Below, piece by piece: positions 37,127 through 50,432 of a DNA stretch of 64,000 bases. The stretch comes from Hormiphora californensis (lineage: Eukaryota > Animalia > Ctenophora). The position numbers and the translations under genes are program-made. The DNA lies in assembly GCA_020137815.1 (NCBI GenBank), contig CM035352.1:1612001-1676000 (forward strand), written 5' to 3'. The notes under the pieces are model-generated. The model saw only the letters and a list, made by a program, of their open reading frames with translations. It was not told the DNA's origin and ran no database searches. Each line of letters opens with the position of its first letter. Position 1 is the first letter of the stretch.

Positions 37127-40100
37127 AGGGGGCATTTGGGATGGTTTTGTAATTTTAAGTTTCCTCCCCGTCAAGGGGTTTTTAAAAACCCCGTTTTTTT
37201 CCCCCCTTAATGGGTTTGTGTTAGGGGGTTTTTTGTTTTTAAAATCCTTTTTTTTTTTTTCTTTGAAACCCTTTGTTTTTTTCCTTTCTTTTTCTTTTTT
37301 CCAGATTCTTCCCTTCCGCCCTCCCCCCCCATTTTTTGTTTAAATTTTTAAATGCCCTGTTACCCCCTGACATACACCCGCGCCGTCTAAAGTCTTTTTT
37401 TTTTTAAAAACCAAACAAAATCACTTTCCCAATCAAAAACCTTATCGCCTATTTGGTTCATTCATCAAACTATATCTAATGCAAATTTGCACGGAAATGT
37501 GACACCCACCCGTAAATGGGAGGGACGTGACCCGTCAGTGGGGCCGACGGGGACCCGGGCAATTTTGCCCGATGGATTTAAACAGGTTTTAAAACAGGAT
37601 TTAAACAATATACATCTATAAGGGGACTTCTTTTGTCAGATGAAAAAGAAAGTTAAAGATGCTAAGGGGGTTTAAAATTAAAATTTTAATTTAAAAAATA
37701 AATTAGGAAAAAAAGGAGCGGGGGTTAAAAAAAAAAACGAAACATGAAGGGAATAAAAAAATAATTAAAAAAGCCCAAAATAAAAAGGCAAAAAAAAGCG
37801 TAAAGGGGGTCAACGGGGGAAAGGGTTAAAGTTTCGGGGGGGAAAAAGGGGGGAGCGAATAAAAAAAAAAACGTGTGGGAAAAAAAAAAAAGAAAAAATC
37901 TCTAAAAATAAAACTCGGGGGGGGGAAAAAAAACCTGCAGCGGGCAAGAAAAACTCAAAATATAAAACACGTATAAGAAATGGGAAGTTCGTGAAGGTGC
38001 CAAAACCCGGATTTTCGGGGGAACGGGTGGGGGGGGTTTGGAGAAATGCTAAACTAGTTTTTTGGGGGGAAACCAAATTTTGGATTGGTTTCCCGAGATG
38101 GAATCCTACCCCGGGGGCTGTTGAGGGTACTCAACGTTTAAAGGAGTCATGAAGATTTCGGGGGGGCCGAAAAGCTCACGCTGCCTCGAACTCAACGCAG
38201 GTGGATGGTCTTTAATTTGTTGGGATCCAAAATCCTAGGGGTTTGGGTTTTAGAATCTAAACGATTCAAAGGATAAATAGAAAAGGGGAAAAAAGGCCCG
38301 GGAAAGGGAAACCATACCCCAAACGTTTGGGGTTGAGTTTAAATCAATTTTAAGGGAAATTTGGGGGGAGGGACCCGTGCCCCTGATAAATCCTGCCCTT
38401 CTAGAGAAGTTTTTTCGAGGGTAGATTGCGGTCGGGCGGACGGGGTCGATAGTGAAAAATGGGCCCGAGGGTTTTAAAAAGGGTTTCCCTGGTTTTGACC
38501 ATTTCCCAAAGCCGGGGGGATTTCCTTTTTTGGAAATACGGGCTCTTGGGTCCTCAAAAAGGGGGGCTTTTCAGGGGGGAAGGGGGGGTTTCGTTTTTCG
38601 GTGATTCGGTCATAGGGGGGGCATTTCCTTAGGAGCTCAAGAGAGGCGATGTGGGAAAGGGTTTTTCGTAGGGGGCACACCCTCTTTTTTTCCAGTGAAA
38701 ATCCACCCTTTCGATACTTTTCAAAGCCCCCCGCTCGATTTTTAGGCCATGAGAAGCCGCCTAATCTGGGGCCACTCCCCTTTGGCTGATTTCGCTCCAA
38801 AGAAAAGTATGGTTCGGGTTCAACTGAATTTAACCTTTTTTAAAAAAGGTTTCTTCCTTTTTAACTCTTTTGGATTCCCCCACTATTCAAAAAGCTTTAA
38901 AGTGGTGTTTTTTCCGGAAAGTTGATAATAGGGGAATCCAAACCATTTTCTACTGGTTTTTTTCCCTCGGAACTTTTTAACCAAAAGTGGGGTACGGACT
39001 CTATATTTTTTCCCAGGGGAATTTTTTGCTACATCCCTGTTTCCCCGGGTTTGGGAAAAAACCTCAGGCCCCAAAGGCTTCAGCGAAAAAACAAGGGGGG
39101 CCCGGGCCTTTGTCCCCCCCACATAAAACTTGGGGGGATTTTCTGGATACCCCAAAGGGGCGAGTTTGAGAAATTTTTAGGGGGGAGTTTTTTCAAGGGG
39201 GTCGAGGCAAGGCTTAAATTTTCGGGGTGGGTTTTTTGATTTAAATTGGGTTTTGCCCAAAGGTGGTTTGGGTAGCCCCCCCGGTTACATAGGAGTATAG
39301 GTAGGTCAGAGGGTAAAACCAACTTAGAATAAGATTCAGGGGGGAGGACTGAGAGGTTGAGGGCACTTTTAAAGGCCCCATGATGGACCGAAAAACTTTC
39401 CCTGCCTAATTTCCATGAGGTTTCCCTTGAATAAATCCGTTGAGATTGAAGTCACCCCCAAAATGAGTATGATTTGGGCCGATGGAACCTTTAGCCCCGT
39501 TGAAATGTAAAGGGTTTGTACTGTTTTTAAAAAAAACCCGTGCTTTTTTAAACCCTTAAAAACCCGTTTTTTTTTTAATTTTTACGAAATCCCCATTTTT
39601 GTGCGAAGGACCCCCAAGGTAGACGGGGGTTTTTGGGAGTGATCGGTGGTCCAAGCCCCGTAAACCCAAAAATCGTCCTCCCCATAGGAGGTGGGACAAG
39701 GTCAAACCGGGCCCCGCTCCGGAAAAAAGTGTGCTCTGTCGGGGTCCAGTTCCGCGGTGACTCTTTAATAATATAACCTTGAAAAGCTCAGGGCTCAAAA
39801 GGGTGCCCTTCCCTCTTTTTCCCACTAGGACCCCTGGGTTCGTTCAATTTTTCCCCCCAGCAGTTTATCTTGGCGGCAGAGCTAAAATAATGTCCCCCCC
39901 TGACTTTCCTTGAAGTTTTCCACGTAAACCCCCTATTTTTTAAAATTTTTTGAGCAAGGTTCCCGAAAAAACGGTGTCGAACGCTTTTGAAAAGTCAATA
40001 AAAAGCCGATAGAGTCCCCCTCTTCCCCCTTTTTGGGGGTTACGTACTTTTCAAAGGTTTTCTGGTGTCAAAAACATGGTCGGCTGTCTCGGGGGCCTTT

Positions 40101-43100
40101 TAAAAAAACCCATTATTAGGGGGGTCAAAGGGGTTTTCCCTCGACGGAATTGGGAAACCCGGGCCCCTTAGAAATGGAAAAAAAAGTTTTTTCCCACGTT
40201 TTCTGGAAACAAACGATAGCCCGATATTGTTAGGGTCATAGGGGGCCCTCCCCTTTTTTTGGACGGGTAACCCCTGGGTTCTTTCCTGGGGAGGGTCTGT
40301 TTTGTATACATTTTTTAAGAATTTACCAGGGCCCCTTTTCTTGAAATAAACCCCGCTTGATTTAATTCATTGGGCCCATTCGGGGCACACGCCCACCCCC
40401 CTTTGGGCCTTTTTTTAGGCCCCTTATTCCCCTCTTCCCCTTCCCCAAATGTACAGGGGGTTTAAAAAAAAAAACTCCTAGGTCAGCTCTTTCTCCGAAA
40501 GGGGGGGGTTTTCGGGTTTTTGATGCTTGATAAACCCGGTGGGCGGGTTTTTTCCTTAAAGATTTTTAAGAACAAAAAGAAGTTCCCCCCCAATAAAACG
40601 TCAAGGGAAATGGCCTGTTGGGGGTTTTTTCCCTTTTTTTTTAATTAGACCATTTTATCGAACCTTTTTTGATTTCTCGAGTCAATCCTTTTTAAATACC
40701 TCCTTTTTTTTCTGTTTGATGAGCCTTCTGTAAATCTTTTTTGGGACGTAAAAAGCCTCTCTCCCGTTGTTACGAAACAAAAGACGGGTGCTATTTTTGG
40801 AAACCCTTTTTCGACTTTCCCCTTTTGGGTTTTGGGGACATTTCTTAAACAAACCAGGGTTTTCCTTGGTCCCGAATCGGTTTTTTTTGCCTTTTTTTGG
40901 AAAGCCGAGAAAGGGGGGGAATGTCTTGAGAGGCAGGGTCCCATGAGAAACGTACAAAAGTCCTTAAGTTTCCCCCCGTCTCCTCTTTTGGGGGAGCCAG
41001 GTCTCGCCCCTTTTAAAGATGCCCGGAGCCTCATTGAAAGGGGTTTTCTGTTTTATTTTGCCCGCATAAAGCTGCAGGGGACCCTTTTTTTTCCAATTTG
41101 AAATTGACAAGGGGGATCCTCAAGAGGGTCCTTATTTCATTTCCGTTGTACAGACGCTGGTAAAGTTTTTAGAGTGGTAACACACGGGGGGGGTGGTCCG
41201 AGAAAAAATTTGAAAGGGCTTTTTAACTTTAAAAAACGATACCAAAATTTTAGGACTTTGGGGGGGACAAAATGCTGTTGGGAATCAACCCCCGCTGCCC
41301 CCCTTGTATTTTTATGCACGTAAAATTTTCCCCATATCCCCCAAGGGGGGTTACCGTTTGAAAACGTTGGTTGGTTTTAGAGAGGGGGTTAAATAGGAGG
41401 CTGGCCCCGGGAGTTTTTGGCTGGGGGTTGCTTGATTAATTTCCCAGGCGAGTAAGATATGGGTTTTTCGAAACCCCGGGCACCCGTATCGACTCGCTTT
41501 CCCTGGAAGGTTTGGTTTTTGAAAGCCGGTTCTTTAAACGTTAAAATCGCCTTTTAAACCCAAGTTAGCCTTCCCGGTTCCCGGGAAAAAACTAAAAACA
41601 AGCACATTTCCAGAGTAGTACAATTTTGGGCCCCTGTCCTGGGCCTCTTGTTTAAAATGAATTTTCGGGGCTTTCCCCTAGAGGTTTTCCATTTGGGGGG
41701 TACCGGGAATTCCCCGATCCAAAAGAACCCCCAGGAAAGTCCTCCCCCATTCGTTTGGAACTTTTAACCACTTTCCCCGCTTTTCATAGGTTTTCCCCTC
41801 GACGCCAATACCCAGGCCCCCCAATTTTTGACAAGACCTAACTTGTTGAAGCAACCGTTTTCCTGGAAGGGTGACGTTTTCCCTTGGTTTTTTTGTAAGC
41901 AAAAAAAACCCCCCCTTGACATAAGATTTGAGTAAAAACTTTCGTTGTTTTTTTTCCGGAAAAACAGGTTTAAAACTTTTTTTTCCATTTGGCAATACTC
42001 ACTTTCGGGGGACTGAGGGGGGTCAGATACTTTGGGCCTAGTTATCATGGGGGGGTTATTCAGGGGGTATCCGCCCGGTAGTGGTCGTGGGTTTTTTTGT
42101 TTTTGGGGGCCCTCATTAAACGTGTTATTCTGGGAGTATCCGACTTTGGGGGGGGTCGATGGTTTTTTTTTGGTTGGGCCCCGGGGGTCAGAGGATATCC
42201 CACTGCGCCGGTAATTTTCCCCCTTAAAGGGGGTGATCCTGAAATGGGGACAAGGGGTCGATGGGTCCCCGGGGGGAAACAGGCCACAACCCCCGGGCCT
42301 TGCATCCCTGAGCTTTTAAAACCCAAATTTTTTTGCGGCCTGGTCATGATAACTTTGGGGTGTGGGTTTGCTAGAAGATCATTGTGGGGTGGGGGCAAAA
42401 AAAGGGTTGTGAAAAGTGAAAAATTTTATTTTCATTCCATTCATGGGGGGATCGTCCCCCAGTAAGTAAAACTGGTCAGTCAGGGGCCCGGTTAAACTGG
42501 ATTAGTTTTCCGTAAAAAAACTCTTGGGGTTCTGCAGACCCCCCCCTTTTAATTTGGGAAGGGGCCCCCCACGTGTTTACAGCTTGGTGAGATTGGTTTA
42601 AAGACATGTTTGGCGGGCTTTAAAAGGGGTTATTCACCGAAACCTTTCCTTTTGAGGCCTTTTTGTCCCCAGGTGCCCTACGACGGGAAAAAGGGTTGCC
42701 CTCAAAACACGGGGAAGAAAACCTCTCATCAATGCTGGGTTTGCGAAGGGGAAAAGGGGAATTGAAAATTATCTCCATTTTATACGACTGGAAAAGGGAT
42801 TGGTTTAAAGTTTTCATAAGTGCCCTCATGGAGGGTACTGCTTTCCTTTTTTTTTCGGGGTTTGGGGTTTTTAACAAACGGGGGGGTGGGGTGGTTTTTG
42901 TTTTAGCTGAAACCCAGCTGGGTGGTGGCGGGTTTCCTCTAACTGGGACGGCGGGTTGAAAGGGGTTTTCCCCTCCACCGAAACAAGCTGTATGATTCTG
43001 GGCCTTTTTTCAGACCTGACAGGGTTTCGGGTGCTTATTTGATAAGTTTTTTCCATTGGGGCCGTGTTTCGTTGGGGGGAAAACTTTCGTACCCCCACAG

Positions 43101-44900
43101 CTCCTCTTGGAGTTTTTGGTGGGCTGCCCCCATGACTATGGCACATTTGGGTGGGTCTCACGGGCCATGTTCTGCAGAGAAACACTCGATCAGAAAAGCG
43201 GCTGGGTTTTTAGATTTTATGAACTTCCGTAGGGCCCTAACTTCCCCGGGGAAACTGTCTCGGGCCCTTTCGAGGATCCCGCAAACAAAGGGGCCCCGGG
43301 GAGTTTTGTTCTTGTCCATATCCGTCCCCTAGGTTTTTCCCTAATGCTTTTTTTCCAGGGGTATAGCTTCTTTCGGAGACTTCATGGGGGGGGTAGGAAA
43401 ATTTTATTACCTTAGAGTCTTTATGTTGTTCTGAGAAAGGGCTTTCCCCTTTTTTTTTTACAGGAAACAAGAGATATGGGTTAAAATCGGGCTTGGTCTC
43501 CCCATTCTTTTTTTCGCTTTCGCTAGTGGGCTGGGCGCAAATCCCCTGGCAGGGTTTTTTTGAAACTTGAGTGCCTTGATTTCTTTTTTCCTCTTTTTCC
43601 CCTTTTTTTTTCTTTTGGGCTTTCTGGTGGGGCGTCATTTTGAAGAGGTTTTTTAACAACCAAAAGTCCCAAAAAATTTTTTCCCTGCGATCGAACCACA
43701 ATAGCAAAAGTTTTAAAGAATTTTCACGTTTTCCCAGTTTTCCCTTTGTGTTTTTGATCGGGGACGGGTTTAAATTTTTTTCCAAGGGCTTTTGGGTTTT
43801 CCAGAAATTTCAGGGATTTGGGGCCTTTTTTCCCTCGTATATCGACTGGAATTTTTTTGGATTCAGAACTTTAATGCTTGAAAACGGCTGACCTTGTTCG
43901 AAAAAACCACATGCCCAAAACTCGAACTTTGGGGATCAGGGGGTTTTTTATCTTTTCCGGGGTCATTTGACAATATCTTTTTCCCGGGACAAAAAACCCC
44001 CAAAGGGGCCGATATTTTCCCATCGGCTCGGGGTCTACTTGGGTATCGGGATTTGAAAAACTCTCTTCGGGTGGGGGACTCTCTTCAAACTGGGCCCGGG
44101 GGGGGCCGTTTGGAGAGGAGTGTCGGGGTGAGGGGGGGCTTCCGGTGGATTTCATCACAAAATGGGGTGGGGGATGGTTAAAATCATCACGGGGCCCCGG
44201 GGTTTGGTACTGAGGGTTTTGGAGGTTTTTTTCCCGGGGGGGGGGGGGGGTTTCCCCAAAACTTCACACGCAGCGGGTTTAAAGTCGGTGGGTTTTGGGG
44301 TTTTCGACTCCTTTACGAGCCCGGGCCAGGGGAACTTCAGTGGATGTTCAGGGAGGTGATTTTTCTTTGTAGGGGACATCATTATCAGCACCATCTCCAG
44401 CGGTAGGTGACTGGATGAATACTTCCCCGGCTGGCTAGTGATTTTTTCGTTAGGGGGCGATGGAGGTAATGGTGGCAATAGGTTATTTGGGGATCGCAAA
44501 GGAAGGTCAGGGAAAGGTGGGCTGGGGGGTGTAGGTTGAACATCATTCGATCCCTCTGGGAGTTTGATGGGGGAACTAGATGATTGGGCGACACTAGGGA
44601 CACCAACAGTCGGCCCGACGCACAAACTGCCATGGTAACCAGGGGTAGAGGACACCTTGGCATTTCCTGGAGGAGTAGGAGTAGGAGGCTTTATCGATGT
44701 TGCTGGGGGATGTGATTCGTAGGTATCACGTATCACAAGTGCTTGAGAACTTGATAGGTCAAATATCACACACATAGGAGAGAAAGGGGGGAGAGAGAGA
44801 GAATAGGGGAGAGGAGAGGAGAGAAAAGAGAGAAGAGAGATAGAGCTAAAGAAGAGAGAGAGATAGATAGAAGAGAGAGAGAAGCCTAGTAGAGCCCCAG
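37127..44900 (-). mobile_element. Non-LTR retrotransposon (ORF1 plus APE-RT), progressively corrupted by homopolymer errors toward the gap
   Basis: Minus-strand motifs still legible: GDFN..RTG (about 41540), SDH (about 41195), FIDFSKAFDTV (about 39970-40005), LSPELFKV (about 39790), SHLLW..D (about 39685); Pro-rich ORF at 44775-44155; boundaries approximate. Confidence 0.8.
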
Positions 44901-45212
44901 CTCTGTACAGAAGCTAACTGGGCATCCTGGCATCTCTCATAGGGTGGAGCCCTTCGTCTTCACTCATCTCGTCTTCGTCCTCCTCCCCTAGCTCGTCGCT
45001 CGCGTCTCCTCTTCCTCTCTCTCCTCTTCGCCCCCCCTATCTCGGGCTGAGTAAAATAAGGGATCATATTTCAGTGTTCCCTAATCCAGCTACCATTTCA
45101 CTGAAATTCGCCCGTAGGGCGAACGGGTTTGCTAGTTCTGTCAAATGGTGCTCCTTTTCTGTATCATTCAACACAGTACCTCTAATATCTGATCACTAAC
45201 GCACTCGAGTAG

Positions 45213-45615
45213 TATTATAAACCACCCCCCCTGTTGATATTTCCCGCACTCTACTGTGGTATATCAGATAATTTCTCCTTCACACTGTCGCTGGGAATTT
45301 CCCCCTTCATAATTCCCTTCCTTTTTTCCCGCCGTCTACAGTTCAAATGAATACAGTTCAAATTACATGAATACAGTTCAAATTACAGTTCAAATGTGAA
45401 TAATAATAAAGAAACATAATCAATCTTTTGGGGGTGGTTTATAATAAATAACCCCACTGTGTGTCGGGATGAAATATGCGATATTCCCTTGCCTTCGGCT
45501 GCGGGAATATCAGCAGTTATTCCCTGCTCGCTCCGCGAGCAGTGGAATAACTGAACGATATACCACCCTGACAGGGTGGTATATCAGATTTCATCCCGAC
45601 ACACAGTGGGGTTAT
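45213..45615. mobile_element. Two adjacent small inverted-repeat elements (45213-45446 and 45448-45615)
   Basis: tattataaaccacccc/ggggtggtttataata and ataaccccactgtgtgtcgggatgaaat/atttcatcccgacacacagtggggttat. Confidence 0.7.
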
Positions 45616-45762
45616 CTATATTATAGTAGGGTTGACACAACCTTAAATTGAGATTCCTTGTGTGAAATGGACACTAGTCAGTTTGGTAATAAGTTATTTA
45701 GTTTTATTTCATGTTGCATTGTATTATATTTCACCACCCGGTTGGGATTCTACTTTATATTA

Positions 45763-46253
45763 CTGTGTGATTTTAAATGACTGAGACTGCTCTATCTCAA
45801 ATTGTGTAAAAACTATGGCATCTTTCGACTTCAAATTTTGGGACACGATAAAACATAATTTCTCATTTATTCTCACAGATTTTCAGAAAATTTTCGTGTT
45901 CCTTAATGAACTTATTGCCATAAAACCTCCTCCAACTTTACACAATCATATCTCTGGAGTCTAATGAGATAGAGAGTTCAGATTTTTAGGAGAGACAGAT
46001 AAGACGATTTTGAATGTTTTGTCTGCTTTACGAGTTGATAACTTTTACCGTCTGTTCACAGGAACTGTTTAAAGTGATGTAACACGCCCTAATTAGGCCA
46101 ACTTTAGGTCATTTTACCCCTCAAAGATCACATGTCCAGCTGCTTCTAGTGGGCTAATGAGGCCTCTTACACGAATTCGTCACGTGTTACTGCAAGGATA
46201 CCGCTCTCCTTTTTCACCTTGACCAAGCAGACATGATCATGGTGTCTGGAAGT

Positions 46254-46302
<49 letters not shown>

Positions 46303-46924
46303 TTCTCTTCTTGCTTTGTAGACATTGTGATCATGTCTGATGTCGAGATCCCAATTCCAGTCACGTGACCTTATAACGAGAGAGTGATTGAAGTAGAGAG
46401 CAGCAGCTGTCTGGTATTCTACACCTTGTTACCACTTCCAGACACCATGATCATGTCTGCTTGGTCAAGGTGAAAAGGGAGAGCGGTATCCTTGCAGTAA
46501 CACGTGACGAATTCGTGTAAGAGGCCTCATTAGCCCACTAGAAGCAGCTGGACATTTGATCGTTGAGGGGTAAAATGACCTAAATTTGGCCTAATTAGGG
46601 CGTGTTACATCACTTTAAACAGTTCCTGTGAACAGACGGTAAAAGTTATCAACTCGTAAAGCAGACAAAACATTCAAAATCGTCTTATCTGTCTCTCCTA
46701 AAAATCTGAACTCTCTATCTCATTAGACTCCAGAGATATGACTGTGTAAAGTTGGAGGAGGTTTTATGGCAATAAGTTCATTCAGGAACACGAAAATTTT
46801 CTGAAAATCTGTGAGAATAAATGAGAAATTATGTTTTATCGTGTCCCAAAATTTGAAGTCGAAAGATGCCATAGTTTTTACACAATTTGAGATAGAGCAG
46901 TCTCAGTCATTTAAAATCACACAG
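45763..46924. mobile_element. Foldback element with about 490-bp near-perfect arms, TA-flanked
   Basis: TA|ctgtgtgattttaaatgac... and ...gtcatttaaaatcacacag|TA; spacer about 46255-46431 contains (CT)n. Confidence 0.9.
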
Positions 46925-46927
46925 TAT

Positions 46928-47810
46928 ATAACGTGTTGGGCAAAAAAAATGTCCCCCCTAGACTAGCATAGTTCCAGATATCGTAGAGCTCTAAAATTTT
47001 ACACAGCTGTTCTATGGGACAAATAAATAGGTGCCACAAAATTTCAGACTTTTAGCTCAAAGTTCATTTTTTTTATAGGAATGAACATTGTCATTCATTC
47101 CAAAAAACATGATTATTCGTTCTAGAAGTCAGGCAATTGTCTTTGGCTATCGATTTTCTTTCAAATGCGACCAAGAAAAGCCAAAACGGACAACCACAAG
47201 GCACACAGTGGTCATGTTTCTGACAGTTAGTCAGGTTATGTGATCCCCACCGAATCGAGAATTGCTAATCAGGCTTAGTGGGGAAGAATCACGTATCACA
47301 GTCGCTAATGAGGGATGTGTATTGAAAAAGCGACATGTGATTCGAGAGCACTTGGCTAAAGAGGCCACTTGTTAATGAGCTTCGGATCTCATGACCAATC
47401 GTCATCGTCATCCCTCATTAGCGGCTGTGTTACGTGATTCTCCACCACTAAGCCTGATTAGCGATTCTGAATAACTTACACGATTCGGTGGGGATCACAT
47501 GACCTGACTAACTGTCAGAAACATGACCACTGTGTGCCTTGTGGTTGTCCGTTTTGGCTTTTCTTGGTCGCATTTGAAAGAAAATCGATAGCCAAAGACA
47601 ATTGCCTGCCTTCTGGACCGAATAATCATGTTTTTTGGAATGAATGACAATGTTCATTCCTATCAAAAAAATGAACTTTGGGCTAAAAGTCTGAAATTTT
47701 GTGGAACCTATTTATTTGTCCCATAGAACAGCTGTGTAAAATTTTAGAGCTCTACGATATCTGGAACTATGCTAGTCTAGGGGGGACATTTTTTTTGCCC
47801 AACACGTTAT
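46928..47810. mobile_element. Foldback element with about 390-bp arms, abutting the previous one
   Basis: ataacgtgttgggcaaaaaaaatgtcccccc... / ...ggggggacatttttttgcccaacacgttat. Confidence 0.9.
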
Positions 47811-48254
47811 TAGTGCCCTATCTCAGCTTTCTTTCTGGATGTCCCTAGCCTTCTGGTGATGGTGTGTGGTGGTATTTGATTTGAGAGGGCGGTCACAGTT
47901 AGCGTGTTGTTAGTAAGGTACCTTCCTTGTACCTGGTGTTTCATCTGCGTGGAGTCTGGGGGTGTTGTGCAGTTTGGGAGTTGTAATTTGGGGTTTTCTG
48001 TAGCTCGCAGTATTTTTACGGTACTTTTTTTAGGTTTCTCGCATTTTCTTGTATCTTGGTTGGGGGGTTATGGATAGGCTTGCCCTATTCAATCTGATGC
48101 ACCTTTCAGTTATCACTGACCCGCTTACAATTTTTTGTTCAGGCCAGAATATCTATCATTTTTCAGGTGACTACCACAACTCAGTAACACCCTTTTGTAC
48201 ATACGCAGGGCACAACTCCCGAGTGGAGAACCATTCATAGCACCCCCACCCCTT

Positions 48255-50081
48255 GGGCACGTCGCGCCCCCCATATTCGCGCGCCCGTAGGGCGATCCCC
48301 TCACATAGGGGGCACAGTCACGACTAGGGCACTCGTAGAATGCTTCGTTCTGCTAAACGGCGCTAGTTAGCGTTTTAATTTTTGGATTTTCTGATCGGTC
48401 ATGTTCTAAATGAATGCAACGAACATGTCTCGATTTGAAACTCTCAAAAACCGTGGCGTAATCGCCGATTTGCTCAAATCGGTTTTTTGGCAATTACGGG
48501 AGAACGGAATATCCATAAAATCCCAAATTCTGGGATATGTTAGAGGAGACAATTTGACACCTTCGTGTCGAAGGATTTGTCTCTTATTCTTCTGGTCTTC
48601 AACTGACGGCCATTTGAATTAATTTGACCTCTCTTCCCCCGACCCTTAGTCCCACTAAACGACAGCTTTATAAGTAACCATCTTTTTTTCCCAGGTAGAG
48701 AATCCCTTGAACTGGTGCAACGTATAGGTGGATAAGCCAGAAACGATTTCTGGACAGAGGAATCGACACTCGAAGTTGGATGATTTCAAACAGTGATTGG
48801 ACTTTTTGGGACACTTTGACTTTAAAAAGAGTGATACATTTATCATTTTCCGACATAATTTTACCTAATTTGACCAACTAAAGTGTTTAATTAATCGTTA
48901 ATTGCTTAATTAAGAAAATCGGACGCGCAAATATACAAACGCGCTTGTTTTGGACAGAAATTGCGCGCGCTGAAGAATCTTCAAAGTGAATCGTGACGGC
49001 GCGAACTGAAAAAGTTGCGCGGTTTTTTTTTCGAAACTCGAAAAGTCAAGAATATTTGGCGCACTATGCCATGCGGATCAGGACCCATCCTCTTAACCCG
49101 TTCTAAGGGCCTGCAGCAAAGACAAAACTACGACCTACAGAAAGTTCAGAACAGTGCGACACGATACATTTATGGGAAAAGAGGAAAACGCGGAGTAACA
49201 AAACTTCGCATGAAATCACACTTCTTGCCTGTGAAACAGCGAATAGAGTACAAAATTTGCTTGATGGTATACAAGACCCTTCATGATCAATCCCCTCCAT
49301 ACATGTCTGAGTTGTTAGTGAAGCGGCCTCAGAAAGTGAAATCACTCCGAGTGGATAATGACGTCACCGCTCTGAAAGAGGTGCGGAGGAGTGAGTACCA
49401 CTACGAAAACACTAGAGGCGCTTTCAGTATTGCTGCACCTAAATTATGGAATCAGCTACCACGATCAATCCGGGACTCAGAATCCCTTACTACTTTTAAA
49501 ACATCCCTGAAGACGCACTTGTTCTTTAGAGCATACAACCAATGATCGGCAAAATAATCCTCACTTCCCTACATTTGGTACATCCACATGGATTCCTGAG
49601 TAACTACTGTCTCCAACTCCTATTCCTGATTCCTGGGCTCCCTTTTTCTCGTGTATTCCTTCACATCGATACCCGTATCCTTTCTCTCCTACATTATTCC
49701 GTGTTGATCCCTGGGTCCTTTACTCCTACTTTCACTCGACATTGATCCCTGGGTCCTCTACTCCTACCTCCTCCACATTGATTTCTGGGTCCTTTACTAC
49801 AACCTCCTCCATATCGATTCCTGGGTCCTTTCCCTACCTTGCTCCACATCGATCCCTGGGTCCTTTCCCAACCTCCTTCACATCGATCCCTGGGTTATTT
49901 ACTCCTACCTCCTCCACATCGATTCCTGGGTCCTTTCCCTACCTTGCTCCACATCGATCCTTGGGTCCTTTCCCAACCTCCTATACATCGATCCCTGGGC
50001 CCTTTACTCCTACCTCCTCCACATCGATCCCTGGGTCCTTTTCCTTGCGCTGCTCCATATCGAGCACATCCTCATTCCTCA
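48255..50081 (+). mobile_element. Composite dispersed repeat, copy 2 (same family as 34186-36023)
   Basis: Same termini ctt|gggcacgtcgcgcc ... atcctcattcctca|tt, unrelated flanks. Confidence 0.88.
49015..49545 (+). pseudogene. C-terminal fragment of an L2/CR1-group LINE ORF2 within the composite repeat
   Basis: LQKVQNSATRYI...HFLPVKQRIEYKICLMVYKTLH...PPYMSELL...RGAFSIAAPKLWNQLP..IR....LTTFKTSLKTHLF. Confidence 0.85.
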
Positions 50082-50159
50082 TTCAAATTATTTACAACAT
50101 CCCTTCTACACGCTACTCATCACTTGTTATCACTCTCACTCTCTCTATCTTTCCATCCA

Positions 50160-50203
<44 letters not shown>

Positions 50204-50432
50204 ATTTCTCACCTGGGATTGCTAACCTGTCTGCTGTGAATCCCTCCCCCTCCATCTCTCCTCCCCCACACCACTCTAATACTCCTCCTCCACCTTCAGA
50301 TGCACGATAAAACCCAGGCTGTCAAGGCCCTTCTCCGGCTGCCAGGTCAGGGTGCCCCTCTTCTGACTGCCCCAGCCCGTATGGGACCAATGCCCCCACC
50401 CCAAATGGAACATCCAAGTTGGAACATCCAAG

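Noticed and set aside
37127-44400. Dozens of short ORFs, or the idea of programmed homopolymer editing
   Set aside because: Underlying APE-RT motifs are still legible and corruption increases toward the gap, as expected for low-quality sequence
45107-45136. Hairpin plus CTAG resembling a Helitron 3' end (a similar CTAG end at about 13570)
   Set aside because: No 5' end or second copy identifiable in the window
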